Origin: the human T2T-CHM13v2.0 reference genome, Homo sapiens | Length of the DNA stretch: 64,000 nucleotides | Direction: 5' to 3' (one strand) | NCBI RefSeq assembly: GCF_009914755.1 | Contig: NC_060932.1 | In this document: positions 35,929 through 49,179 of the stretch, one piece after another | Layout: each line of letters begins with the position of its first letter | Numbering within the stretch: position 1 is the stretch's first letter | Translations under genes and position numbers: made by a program | The notes under the pieces: model-generated | Database searches by the model: none | What the model was told of the DNA's origin: nothing | Seen by the model: only the letters and a program-made list of their open reading frames with translations

Positions 35929-36277
35929 TTTTTTTTTTTTTTTTTTTTTTGTTGTTGTTTTTGAGACAGAGTTTCACCCTTGTCCCCCAGGCTTGAGTGC
36001 AATGGCACGATCTTGGCTCACTGTGCAATCCCCGCACACTGTGCGATCTTGGTATATACCTCCGCCTCTTGGGTTCAAGCGATTCTCCTGCCTCAGCTTC
36101 CCGAGTAGCTGGGATTACAGGCGCGTACCACTACACCTGGCTAATTTTTGTATTTTTAGTAGAGGCGAGGTTTCATCATGTTGGCCAGGCTGGTCTCAAA
36201 CTCCTGACCTCAGGTGATCTGCCTGCCTTGGCCTCCCAAAGTGTTGTGATAACAGGCATTAGCCACCATGCCAGGCC
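35929..36277 (-). mobile_element. AluS with internal insertion of about 30 bp
   Basis: Antisense Alu with extra tgcaatccccgcacactgtgcgatcttggtatat at about 36024-36057. Confidence 0.9.
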
Positions 36278-36988
36278 CAAATTACCTTTTTTGAATGCCT
36301 TCTTCTTCCTCCTTTTGTTAGGAATTCCATCATCTGCCTTTTATTTTTTGCTTATATGTTATCCCTGAGGTGAATTGTTCTATGATCCGTGCCTCAGGGA
36401 AATATAGAATACTTTACAACAGAGTACTTTAATTTGCAAAATACATGAAGATACTATTTTCAAAATGTTTGTTCTCTGGACTGTCTTTCTTATAGCCTTT
36501 AGATTTTTATCAGTCGGATGCTTCAAGTAGTCAGTAGAACAAGAATAATGCAATGGAAGAGAGAATGCAGTTGTTTCAATTATATAGATGGGACTACAGA
36601 TATAAATTTTAAGAAAAGGAAGAATTCCTTTAGCATTTCAGGGATTTTTGTTATAGATGATACATATTGTGTATCTTATGATTTTAATGATTCATTAGCT
36701 TTGTTTAGTTATATGTTTATTTTCATGTATGGAATATTTTAATAGAAATGCTTTGGTACTCTTAAAAATGAAAACTAAACCTAGCCTGTAAAATCTAAGT
36801 ATGTCATGAATTATCATGGCTTATCAGGTTAGAGGCTTGTGTTGTTATTAATTCAGACGAGCATAACTTTCCAATTTTGATTCTTTCATTTAATTTTTGA
36901 GTTTGTGTTAATTTTCTTAAGACATTTAGCTTAGCCACTAGGCATTTATAAACCAAGGTTCTTAAATAATTTTAAGAATTTACACTTC

Positions 36989-37523
36989 TTTCTTTCTTTC
37001 TTTCTTTCTTTATTATACTTTAAGTTCTAGGGTACATGTGCACAACGTGCAGGTTTGTTACACATGTATACATGTGCCATGTTGGTGTGCTGCACCCATT
37101 AACTCGTCATTTACATTAGGTGTATCTCCTAATGCTATCTCTCCCGCCTCTCCCACCCCACGACAGGCCCCAGTGTGTGATGTTCCCCCACCCTGTGTCC
37201 AAGTGCTCTCGTTGTTCAAGTCCCATCTATGAGTGGGAGCATGCAGTGTTTGGTTTTCTGTCCTTGCAATAGTTTGCTGAGAATGATGGTTTCCAGCTTC
37301 ATCCATGTCCCTACAAAGGACATGAACTCATCCTTTTTTATGGCTGCATAGTATTCCATGGTGTATATGTGCCATATTTTCTTAATCCAGTCTATCATTG
37401 TTGGACAGTTGGGTTGGTTCCAGGTCTTTGCTATTGTGAATAGTGCCGCAATAAATATATGTGTGCATGTGTCTTTATAGCAGCATGATTTATAATCCTT
37501 TGGGTGTATACCCAGTAATGGGA
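36989..37523 (-). mobile_element. 5'-truncated L1PA5-like 3' end
   Basis: (TTTC)n tail, antisense 3' UTR and ORF2 end [20 protein letters not shown]. Confidence 0.93.
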
Positions 37524-38041
37524 TAAAAAAAGAAACATGCACTCGTATGTTCATTGCAGCACTACTAACAATAGTAAAGACATTGCATCAATCTAAATGC
37601 CCATCAATGGTAGACTGCATAAAAAAATGTGGTAAATATACGCCATGGAATACTATGCGCCATAAAAAAGAACAAGATTATGTTTTTTTGCAGGGACATG
37701 GATGGAGCTAGAGGTCATTATTCATAGCAAACTGATACAGGAACAGAAAACCAAATACTATATGTTCTCACTTATAAATGGGAGCTACATGATGAGAACA
37801 CGTGGACACATAGAGGGGAACAACAGACACTGTGGCCCATTGGAGGGTGGAGGATAGGAGGAGGGAGAGGTACAGGAGTAATAACTAATAAGTACTATGC
37901 GTGATATCTGGATGATGAAATAATCTGTACAACTGTTTGAAAACCTCCATGACACAAATTTACCTATGTAACATACCTGCACATGTACCCCTAAACTTAA
38001 AATAAAAGTTAAAAAAACTAAAAAAAAAAAACTTAAAAAGA
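37524..38041 (+). mobile_element. Older L1PA/PB-type 3' end
   Basis: acatgcactcgtatgttcattgcagc...aaataatctgtacaac...ccatgacacaaatttacc, poly(A); TSD aagaatttacacttc at 36974-36988 and 38042-38056. Confidence 0.9.
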
Positions 38042-38189
38042 AAGAATTTACACTTCAAAAATTTTTGAGGATGATGTAAAGAAGTTAGTGCTGAGTTTTG
38101 GTTGCTCTTGTCATTTGGATGTTTCATAGTACTAATTAAACAATTTGAATTATTACAGAATTTTAGGAATTACTGTTTAAGAAGGAGAA

Positions 38190-38447
38190 GTCAGGCACAG
38201 TGGCCCACACCTGTAATCCTAGCACTTTGGGAGGCTGAGGAGGGAGGATTGATTGAGGCCAGGAGTTCAAGACTAGCCTGGGAAACATAGTGAGACCCCC
38301 TCCATCTCTACAAGAAAATCAAAAATTATTCAGGCATGATGGTGCACACCTATAGTCCTAGCTACATGGGAGGCTGAAGTGAGAGGATCAGTTGAACCCA
38401 GGAGTTCGGAGTTACACCTGGGTGACAGAGCAAGATTCTGTCTCAAA
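38190..38447 (+). mobile_element. AluJ with right-arm deletion
   Basis: gtcaggcacagtggcccacacctgtaatcc...gagcaagattctgtctcaaaa. Confidence 0.88.
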
Positions 38448-39969
38448 ATATCTATATCTATACTGATATAGAAGGGGAGAAACCATTGCTAATGATATAG
38501 CTAATCACATGAAAACTAATAATCTACTATTTTATTTACTTGAGCATTGCTAAAGAAAAGTTCATGGGCCAACATTATACTTAATATGTGATGGTTAAAG
38601 ATTGTTATAATTTTAGAGTTCTCCACTGTTTGAAAATTAAATTTTGAGCTTTACTTGTGGCTAGTGTATCAAAAAGTATAAATGGAAAAAATTTGTCATG
38701 TTCTTACCCAGAGATAATCAATATTATCATTTTGGTTTGTATTGTTCCAGTGTGCTCTCAGATTTTGAACATTTAAAAACCTGAGATATACTACTAAATA
38801 TTTCTCAAAATGTTGTACCAATGTACACTCCTACCAATAAACATGGTATGAGACTGTGCGTTTTTTGATCCTCTGGTCAATATTTTGCCAATTTAATAGG
38901 CAAAATACATTATCTTATTATTTTTATTTGCATTCTTTTGATTACTTTTAGATTGAACTTATTCAAGTGTTGATTAGTTTTTTAGATATTTTCTGTCACG
39001 AAATTGCCTTTGCTTCCAAAAGTTCCTTAACACTTCTTCTGTTAGAACTCTTATTATCACTGTCATTTCCAGTGAGACTCTAAAGATTCTAATAGAACAT
39101 AAATAGAGAAACCAATTGCCATCATCTATACCATTTGTAATAGTTAATGTCTCTCTGCTGGACTCAATGTAAATATGGAGCTGATCTTGCTTGGAAGTTC
39201 TTTTGAGTTTATCTAATTTTTCTGGAAAAGGATAATCATAAGCCCTACATCCTATCAGCACTAACAGATAGAAGGATAGAGACTTGGACAAAGAAAATAT
39301 AAATATTTGTCAAATGAATAAGCATGATAAATAAAAGATACATGAACATAATTGTTAGAATTCAGGTACCAGTAATTTGATTCCTTAAATAGTTCATACT
39401 GAGTTTACTTCCAAACACTGTATACTTTATAATTTATAAAATGCATTGGTACACATGAGATTTTAATACAGTAATTTCCCTATGAGGTGATATAGCTTAT
39501 TTTACATTTGGTAAAACCATAGCTCAGATACATAAAGTAAATATGCTGAGGTAATACAGCTAGTTTGGGTTGGAGTCAGTACTTAAAACCAGGCTGCCCG
39601 ATGCCAAATACCATGTTCTTTCTGTTCTGACAGAAGTCTCCAATATTTATGTTACATGTGAACCTGCACTATATTGAAAATTTAAAACACACGTTATCTA
39701 TAAACATTCTTTATAATATTCAGGATATCCATAACAAATTACAGAGTCCATTCAAAGCACAATGTTTTTGATTGCAAATATTGGTTACTCTTGTATTTAT
39801 GACCCTTATAGAAGATGATGTGGCAGGCTAAAAATAAACAAGCAAAAAAATAAATAAATAAAATAAACACTGTAGAAACTGAGAACCAGATGAAGTCCTG
39901 TGGCGGTTTCCTATCCTGTCTATGTAAGTGATTGAAAAAGAATTAACTTTTTGATAACATGTAGGCATC

Positions 39970-40380
39970 CATTTATTCAACAAATGTTTAATGAACCGCC
40001 TACCCTGTACTAGGCACTATGCTAGATGAATGAGACAAGAATGCAGGACTTAACCTCATGGAATTGAGGGTGAAAGATATTAAACATTTTTTCAAGTAAA
40101 TATATGGTCACATATATCAAATGTTGTGAAGAATAAGCACAGGGTATAATGAGAATGTATAATAGGGGACCTAATTTAGGTCAGACAAAGTCTTTCTAAA
40201 GGAGGGACATTTGAAACCTTAAGGATGAGTAGGGGCAGGTGAAAGGGTGGTAATGGAGAGGGAAGGTGGAAGAGATCATTTCTGGGATACTGAGGGAACT
40301 AGAAGAAAGCTGCTCACTAGCATGGGTGTAGTATAGTGAGAGCTGGAAAAATAAGTCTCTGAGGAAGGCAGTTGATGTAT
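39970..40380 (-). mobile_element. L2 fragment
   Basis: atttattcaacaaatgtttaatga...ctaggcactatgctag...aaggatgagtagg. Confidence 0.7.
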
Positions 40381-41095
40381 CGTTGACTCTTTCAAATGAG
40401 TCATTTTTAAGTCTCATTCTAGTGTTTCCATTACTTAGACCACTTCGATGCTTTTTCTATGACTTAGTCTTCATATCCAATTTTGAAATATAAAAGAAAC
40501 CTTTTTAACAGTAAATGTTGATTTGCAGTATAATCACCTTCTTACTTAGTAGACTTGTTTCTAAAGGGGTTCTGATTATTTATAAAAATTAAATCTATTT
40601 AAAAGGGGAAAATTTACATTTTTTCCCCTCACAGATAGTATGAGCTGTGAAATTGACTTGAAAATAAGAAATTTAAAAATGTTTGTTTACACTTGTAGAA
40701 ATTGACCTTTCAAAGGTGTGAAAAATCAACTCATAATCAGAGGCTTAAAAATTAAAGCACCTCAGGTTGCTTCTGCTTGAGGTAAATGGAAGAAGCCCAT
40801 TTAAAGTTACTTGCGAGTTAAAACATTTGAGATATTTGCTCTAACTAAAATACCCTTGATTAGGCCACTGGCAGGTAGTTTTCCTATTCATCTATTGAAA
40901 TTGGCCATTTTACAATAGGTGTGCATTTGTGTGTGTGTGTGCATGTGCACATGTATGCACATATGTAAAAAAATAGAATCACAGGGAAGGAACATAGAAA
41001 ATGGAGTCCAAAGCAAAGACAAAAGCAACAGGAAAATCAAAATATTTTTTCTATCTTTTATAAATTGTGTGATGTTTAATTCAATACAGCTTCAG

Positions 41096-41408
41096 GCCAG
41101 GCGCAGTGGCTCACGCCTGTAATCCCAGCACTTTGGGAGGCCAAGCTGGGTGGATCACTTGCGGTCAGGAGTTTGAGACCAGCCTGGCCAGTATGGTGAA
41201 ACCCTGTCTCCACTAAAAATACAAAATTAGCTGGGCGTGGTGGCACACTCCTGTAATCCCAGCTACTCAGGAGGCTGAGGCAGAATTGCTTGAACCTGGG
41301 AGGCAGACGTTGCAGTGAGCACCACTACACTTCAGCCTGGGTGACAATGAGTGAGACTCTGTCTCCAAAAAAATAAATAATTAATTAATTTAAAAATAAA
41401 TAAATAAA
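41096..41408 (+). mobile_element. AluSx/Sz-like
   Basis: ggccaggcgcagtggctcacgcctgtaatcccagc... with A-rich tail. Confidence 0.95.
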
Positions 41409-42799
41409 GCATCAGTTTCTTTTCATCCATAAAATGATGGTGGCATTAGCACATACAGTGTTTTCTGGATATTAAAAAATAAATTTAGAAGTGCTTTATA
41501 AACTAAAAATACTTTATGATTTTTAGGTATGTATGTGTGTTTGACAAATAGATTGGTGTATACCTATGAAAATCTGAAATAATAAATAATAGTGAAATAA
41601 TAAAATAAAATAATAAACTGAAATAAAATGGGGGCACTCTTAGTTGAGAAGAAACCCATAATTGAACATCTTATTTTAAAAAATGGTTGTTTAAAAATTT
41701 ATATTATTACATGTTTAATTTGTGTTGTTCTTTTGTGACATGATTATGCCAAAAAAGAATTCATAGCTTTTAAAAACTTAATGTATTTAAATGTCTATTT
41801 ACTGATAGTGTATGGAAAGGGATAAAAGGGCAAAGAGTTAAGGTCAAAAGGGCAAAAAGGGCTGGATTTATTAAAGAAATGTCAAAGGTTAAGAGCTATT
41901 AAAAGTCAATGAAAATACTAAGCATCTCTGCAAGTGAGTTAATATTTAAAATTTGGTTTACACACTAGTTTTAGAGATCTGTTATGGAAAGATGGATGTA
42001 CTTGGGTATAGAATAACCTAAATGTTTATCAGAAACAGAATTATTCACTGAGAATAGATGATGATGGGGTGGCTTTCCAAGACCATAGGAGCCTTCAGGA
42101 AACATTTTCTTCTACAAAATGCTATGACCACCATTATTGAAATAAATTAGTAATAATTGATAAAGTGTCTCTGGCCTTGACTGTAGGGTTTTTCCCCCAC
42201 CTGGATTTGGAGGGAAGTTTTAATTTAATGTGTGGTGTTTAGGTGAATTTTAATTGAAAAGCTATAATGTTTTTCTAAAATTATGTGAATAACCATGTAG
42301 TCACTATGTATATAGCCTTTAGAAAGGACCAGATTCAACATTATCCACTTTTCTTTAAAAATAAATAAATGGAGAAATTTTAAAATAAGAAATTAAAACA
42401 CCTAAGTACATGTTTTCCAAATGTACTTCTCTTAGAAATATGGCATTTTAAATGCAGATGATAAATGCTCTATTGTTGATCATATTTTTATTGCTTCATG
42501 ACATCAAAAGAAGAATATACCACTTATTTTTAGAGTGTTCTGGTCCTTTGCAGCATCTTGCACATTGAAGAGATATATGCTGTTGCTGGAGTTGTTTTTC
42601 AGGAAAAGAGAAAAGGGTTGGGGAAATGCATAATTTCTCTTACTCTTACCCAGTAGTAGCATTGAGAAGATACCTTGTCCCCATTTTTATTACTTCTGAT
42701 ATTTTATTGCTGGCAGCCAGATGTGCTAAAACTCCTGACGACAGCATCTATTCATTGCATGTTTTTAATAGGCTTAGAGAAATATGAGTAGAGTACATG

Positions 42800-43225
42800 A
42801 AAGCAGCTCAGCTTCACACTTCAGCTGGGAATGCCCAAAAAGCTTACTGCTGTTTAGAATTCTTGCTACAGTCAGGAGAAAGCCGAAAGCTGCACGGGTA
42901 CTGAATCTTCTACGACTGAATTAGAAGAATAATGACTGTACAATTAACTATCAACCTCTGTTCATTTAAGCACAGTTTTTACAGAGCTCAGGAGAAATAT
43001 GGAACTTGATTGGCGTGTTTTTATTTGATGGTGTCAGCAAATAGATGATTTTAAAGACAGGTGGTAGGGAAAAATAAGAGAAGGGGAAAAAAAAAGAAAG
43101 AAAATGCAATTTGAGACATTGCGCCAGGTCTGCAATTCTGTTTTATCTCATTTTCATGGGGTTTTTTCATCCCCACCAAATATCTTACAAAATGAGCTTT
43201 TTGGACAAACACTGAACAATGCAAG
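42800..43225 (+). other. Candidate alternative first or 5' exon of an unidentified + strand host gene (5' boundary uncertain)
   Basis: Non-repetitive, higher-complexity segment with retained CpGs, ending ACAATGCAAG|GTGAGT (consensus donor at 43226); in-frame uORF MSFLDKH* at 43192-43215. Confidence 0.5.
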
Positions 43226-45360
43226 GTGAGTAGAGCCAAACTATATTTTCTTTTAATATTGTTATTTTCAGAATAATCTTATATGCCAGTAAAAATTGTT
43301 TTGTATTGAAGTGCTAGTGTTATAAAGGTGTTATCTGTTTACTGTAAATATAAAATTTTATATAGCATTCTTAATTTGATTTTAAGAAGGAAAATAAGCT
43401 TACTTCAACCAGAAAAAGCATCTTAAATTTAACTAGCTTGACCTCTGAAACGTAATACAGATATCAGGCTGTTTCATTATTTTGTTTTCTAGATACATAA
43501 AATGACTTAAAAATGCCCGATAGATGTTTTCTTTGTGATCATGGCAGTGATTACATTGCATATATAAGGATGGGGCTATATAATCATATGTGATTTGTTT
43601 GAAAATGTGAATTAGCTCCTGTAAAACATGTGGAAGATGTTTTCTAGGTTTAAGACATTTCTCTATGCTGGGTAGCTCAATAATCACTTTTAAACAAGAT
43701 ATATTGTGGAACCGCGAATAATGCTTTGCATTAGGTCAGCTAATTTGGCAGGATTCTTTGTTATAAATTCCTATTGCTTTTTCAACCTGATCATTTTTCT
43801 ATGGTGAAGGCTGTTAAATTATGAACATATCTCTCAGATGGTTTCTCTGGCTTACACTAAAAGATATTCTATTAAAGAATGTTTTTGGAATGCAGTTTTA
43901 TCATCCAGTTCTTTCCTCATTTAAGTTGTTTGGCTTTTGAGAATTTCTCATGTTACATGCTTAGTAAAAAAAAGACCCCATTTAACTAAATATATGTGGA
44001 GAAGACTGAGAAAGAAATTCTGTGAACATGGCAATGCACTGAAACCTTCTGGAAACCGATGGGGAACTAATAGTGCATAAAATATTGAGTGGTTTTACTT
44101 GTCTCTTCTTCTTAGTATCTCTGAACAATGTGAGGCATCCTATTTTGGAGATTAAAAAAATACCGGTTATACAATATGTATTTTAATTTAGCAAATGAAA
44201 AAAAGGCTTTTAAAATTTGTTGGCATTTAAAATGTTTACTGATGATAAATATATTTATAACCTTTACTTTGAAAATGGGATAACATATCTATTTCTTATA
44301 AAATTTCACTTTCTTTCCTCAATCCAGTTCTGTTCAATAAACTAATTGGATTTTGTTTATATTTTATCTTGAGACAAATTAAAAACATCAAACAGTATAT
44401 GAAATGTTAGGATATTCTAAATTGGATATCTGTATTTTAAGATGCTGTTTTCCTTTTTTAAAGTGATACATCACTTTAGTGTCTATAATTTATCATAAAA
44501 ATATATATTTTATGTTATATTTAAATTAAAAAGCAAGTATTGCTTTCTAAAAATTTCCATGACCTGAAGCTACCAGAGTTTTAGGATTTGTACTCATCCT
44601 TTATAAACCTTTTCCTTGTTTTAGTTCCATCTTTTTTTTTAATGCCAAGAATTTGTGTGTAAATGTATTAATATTAGGGTTTAGGTATAGAAATTATGCT
44701 ATTAACAGCATAGTAAGGAATTGGTTTTAAAGTATTAATTTAAAAATCTGAAAATAACTATTTTTTGAGGGAATTGTGTGCATCCCTATCACTGTGTACT
44801 TGCTTTGGCTTCAAGTTTCTTTTATTGTTGGCATGCCTATAATTTCAGTAAGAGCCTTTAAAGCTCTCATTAAAATCTGGACTTTTATGCTGCTGCTCTT
44901 AAACATAAGATTATGAAGTTTTTAATGCTTCTATACGACCAGTATGGTTTAACTTATATTGATTATTATCTAAAACTATCCCAAACTACCAATTACTCGA
45001 TAAGTAATTTATCTTGCTTTAGGGGAAAAAAATCTCGGCCTTTATATGTTCTTATTAGTCTTTAAAAATCATTTGCCCTTATACCACAAATACATCTATG
45101 CATCTTCATAAATGTCCCATCAGCTACTTGATTTACTTTTAAGGTCAATCAAAAAGTTCTGCAAATAGTTATTGTTTTAGAAGTATGATGAGTGAAAAAA
45201 TAAGTATATGAATTTTATGCTTCCACATATTTTAATTTTTTGGTTATTTTTTGTGTTCACTTTAGATACAAGGGTCTTTTAAACCTTTTATTCTGCTTAT
45301 ATTCTTTTAAACAATATAAATGCCTATGCATCCTGCATAGGTATTAACATTTTAATTAAC

Positions 45361-45394
45361 ACTAAAGTGGAAAGTAAAGACTTTCCACTTTAGT
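45361..45394. repeat. Perfect 15-bp inverted repeat, 4-nt spacer
   Basis: ACTAAAGTGGAAAGT-aaag-ACTTTCCACTTTAGT. Confidence 0.95.
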
Positions 45395-46941
45395 ATAGAC
45401 TAAAAAATTATTCTTGAAGAAAAAAATCATGGAAGAAGAATGGCCTGAATATGTCATCAAAAGATCTCATATGCAAGAATTTAGATTTTTTTTCTGAATA
45501 ATGGACCTTTCAATTAGACATCTGTGATCTTCTTAAGCATCAATTATATAACTATCACCTCTGGAAAGAACAGTTTTGGTTATTAGTACATGAATAGTAA
45601 TCATTTAATTGTTTGGACTAGTTGACATGGAATATTCAATATTTGTATTGTGACATTAACAATGATCTTTAAATTGATAGAAAAAAGCCATCAATTTGGA
45701 CAATTAGATATTTTATTCTGAATTGCTTTCTAGTAGGGATTACTAGAATAGTACTATGCATCATTTGTAGACAATGTATTATTAAAAGGGGGCCTTTTCA
45801 AGTAGTTTTTAAACTAAGACTTTTGTTCGGTAGCTAATCTTATCCCCAAATCTGCAACTCAACTTTCATTAGGATTTTAGATGGTGAGGCAGTTGACTTC
45901 TATGACATATTAGCAATAAAACATTAAATGATGAAAATCTTCCATAACAACTGCTCCAGAAACATTTCCAAGTTCAACTTGTTAAAGGAGGAAAGATTTT
46001 TAAACCAACCAATAATACTGTATGTGTCATAAGTCCCCAAAGTGGAGATTAATATAGATTCTTAAGTGAATTAATTAACTAATGATTAAATGAAATTTAT
46101 CTATGAGTAATAATTATTAAAATATTTTAGACTAACTTTTTGTTGGAAACCATATAGCACAAACCTTATTTTCATACTGAAAGTGTTTAGCTTATTCTCT
46201 TATTGTATGGTTCTTGAGTACCATTTTAGTGCATGAAGCAGGATTCTCTGTTCTTTTACAGCTAAAATGAAACAACTGGACGTCTAGCAAAAAGAAAACA
46301 TGTGTCTGCATCCTGCATAAACTCACTTGACTCACTTGATAGGTTTTGATGAAATGCCACTTTAGTTTAATTTTTTGTTATCAAGTTTTCTCATTGTAAA
46401 CTCTCTCTCAAGTGAAATTATTTAATCAGGACACAAAGATAAATGCTTTTGTCATTAGTAAAAAAATCAAGTACTGAGTTCAATATGAAATCTAATTTTT
46501 GTGAGCTTGTCTTTGGAAGCAAACATAAATATTGAGACGCTAGAAGATATATTTTTTAGCATTGTTCACTGCATTGAGTTATCAGTTGCTTTGGGCAATA
46601 TTCAAATAAACATGCTAATGATGGCTATCTTTTGTGATAAAATTGATCCTCTGAGTTTTTCCATTTGCTAATTTTTAGCCGTCTTTTTTATACAACGAAG
46701 AGATCTGTATTTTCCTCTAGATGAAATTATTTTTTTGCCACTGAATGTGTGACAGTGAATTTGCTGTGACTTCTGGCCACACAGAGGCATAATAAAACTG
46801 GAATTTATTTAGAGTAGATATTAAAAACAGTCTTTCTCTCCGTATACGTACAATGAGATATGTAGACTTTCATATTTAAAAGTAAGAAAAGAAAAAATAT
46901 TAGTAGACAGAAGAATATTTGGATTTTTTTTCAATTGCAAG

Positions 46942-47071
46942 TAAGATAACCATACGATCCACTTTGTCTGGAGTACTCCCAGTTTATGCCTGCAGTCATC
47001 CAGTGATTATTATTAGTACTATTCTCTCTAAAAAGTGTTGTGATTTGAAAATAAATTACAGGGCTACTCTA
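46942..47071 (+). mobile_element. MER94-like hAT element
   Basis: taagataaccata...cccagtttatgcctg...aaaagtgt...aaataaattacagggctactcta. Confidence 0.6.
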
Positions 47072-48865
47072 ATTATAAAAGTGAAATGTAAAGCTTAAAT
47101 TCACTTAGTTTAAGCGGATTCTTTTCCTTTGAAACATTGCCACTGTTCTAAAACATTAATATTTTAAGTAAAATCTGACTTGCTAAATAAATGTTTATTT
47201 AGTATTATTTTTGGTCAGAAATTCTTAGTTTTTCCTGTAGCATTTATTATTGCTTTGGTTTGTAATCAAACCAGTAATTTGTGTTCAGGAATTTTGGCAC
47301 AGATAATGATTCTTCATCATGGTACGTTAATGACTACTTTGACATTGAAAGAACAGCATGCTTACTTTTCATAGTTCTCAGGGTGCAATCTACACAGTGT
47401 GCATTGTTTGGACTTGGTATGATTCCAGCACAGTTGATTTTTCATATTGCATGAAAAGTCTGTGTTATGAGGTATAAAGCATCCAATCATCTAATATACA
47501 CATTTTATGTACATATATATATACTTTATTGAACATGCATAATTGTTATTATAAAATATTTTTATAACTATAACATTATTCATTATAGGCATAAAAGCTT
47601 ATAACACAATTAATTATCTATTTAGATTTCTAATCAAAATGGCTTTTGATTTAGATATGTGTGTCATTAGTATTTTCACTAGAATATTTACTGTGGACCT
47701 TAGCAATATACTACAATTATTAGTATATGTCCTTAATCTGACACTGATCTACAGTCTTTAAGCATTTTCTTTATTGAAAGAAGTTTTATAAAGCTTCTGC
47801 TTTTGGTGATGACTGACAGGTAAATGTTAACTATAGTTTTAAATTATCAACTTCTGTATGATCATAAAGGATTTTAAAAGTTGAAAATAATTACTAGTAA
47901 ACTTCTTTAATTCTGGCACTACTCACTAAATAGTAAAATGAATTCATTTCATATGGGCTATAGGCTTTCTTCCTATCCATGTATGAATTACTCACAAAAA
48001 ATTCATGGCCCCAACAAAAGAATTCCTAGGACTCATCCACAATTTTAGTTTTGCTTTCAAATTTGAGAAATTGTAAGTATTTTAGAAAAATGTGTGAACA
48101 TTTCTTATAGGGAAAAATGGAAAAACCCATTGCACGTTAAAAATTATAGTATCTTAAAATATGAGGGCTCTTTATTTTGCCTAGTGTGTTTTAAACTATG
48201 CTTTCTGTTTTGGGCAGAGAACGCTTTCAAGGTCTAACTCAATATGCAAAGCAGATAGAAGTAGAGCAGCTCTGGTATAGAAAGTGGGACATGGGACCCA
48301 TGTTTGGTTCTAAGAAACACATTTGGAGACTTTTTTATTCTACTGCTGTCATTTTACTCTTGAACAAACTAACGTCCAGCTGCTTACTTAAACTCAGGAC
48401 TTACGGTTACTCATATGGCTTTAAACTTTTCATTTCATCATAAGTCCTTTGAAATGTGAGACGTAGAGTTAATGGAAAATGATAAGGAAAACTGCTGCAT
48501 TTAAGTAAGGATTTATTTGTGCCTGACTTTTCTGCTACACATTGTAGCTTTATGTTGGGTAGTATTGAACATAGAAGTCGTGCTCATATCTAGGGTCTGC
48601 TGCTTACTGGCTATGTGTTACTGGTAAAGTTGCTGTCCTATGAGCTCCTTGAATTAGGGGCTACATATTTATTAATCTCTGAATTCCCACAGTTATATTC
48701 TTCACACTCCTTCCCAGTCAATACCCACTCCCCTCAGCCTCCAGAACCAACTGTTGTACTGCTTCCCCACCTAGTGTAGATTAGTTTTGCTTGTTCTAAA
48801 ACTTCACATAATGAAATTTTATAGAAGGTAATCTTTTTTTGATAAGGCATTTTACTCAGCATAAT

Positions 48866-49179
48866 TTTATTTATTTGTTTGTTTTTATTTTTATTTTTTG
48901 ATGTTGTCTCTCTCTGTCACCCAGGCTGGAGTGCAGTGGCGTGATCTCGGCTCATTACAACCTCCCCCAAGCTCAAGTGATCCTCCCACTTCAGCCTTCT
49001 GAGAAGCTAGGACCACAGGCATGTGCCACAATGGCTAGCTAATTTTTTTTTTTTTTTTTTGTTAGAGATGGGGTTTCGCCATGTTGTCCAGGCTGGTCTC
49101 AAGCTCCTGAGCTCAGGCGATCCACCTGCCTCACCTTCCAAAGTGCAGGGATTACAGACATGAGCCACTGCTCCCGGCC
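48866..49179 (-). mobile_element. AluJb-like
   Basis: ctgtcacccaggctggagtgcagtggcgtgatctcgg...ctcctgagctcaggcgatcc. Confidence 0.9.

Noticed and set aside
36989-38041. Twin-priming inversion
   Set aside because: Both halves contain the 3' UTR and a tail and differ in subfamily; reported instead as a nested composite
42850-42930. miRNA or ribozyme around GCCGAAAGC
   Set aside because: No extended hairpin, and no hammerhead (CUGANGA...GAAA with stems) or HDV-like fold could be built by eye
42800-43225. Assigning a gene symbol to the candidate exon
   Set aside because: Two codons of coding sequence and an unrecognised UTR are not enough to name the host gene
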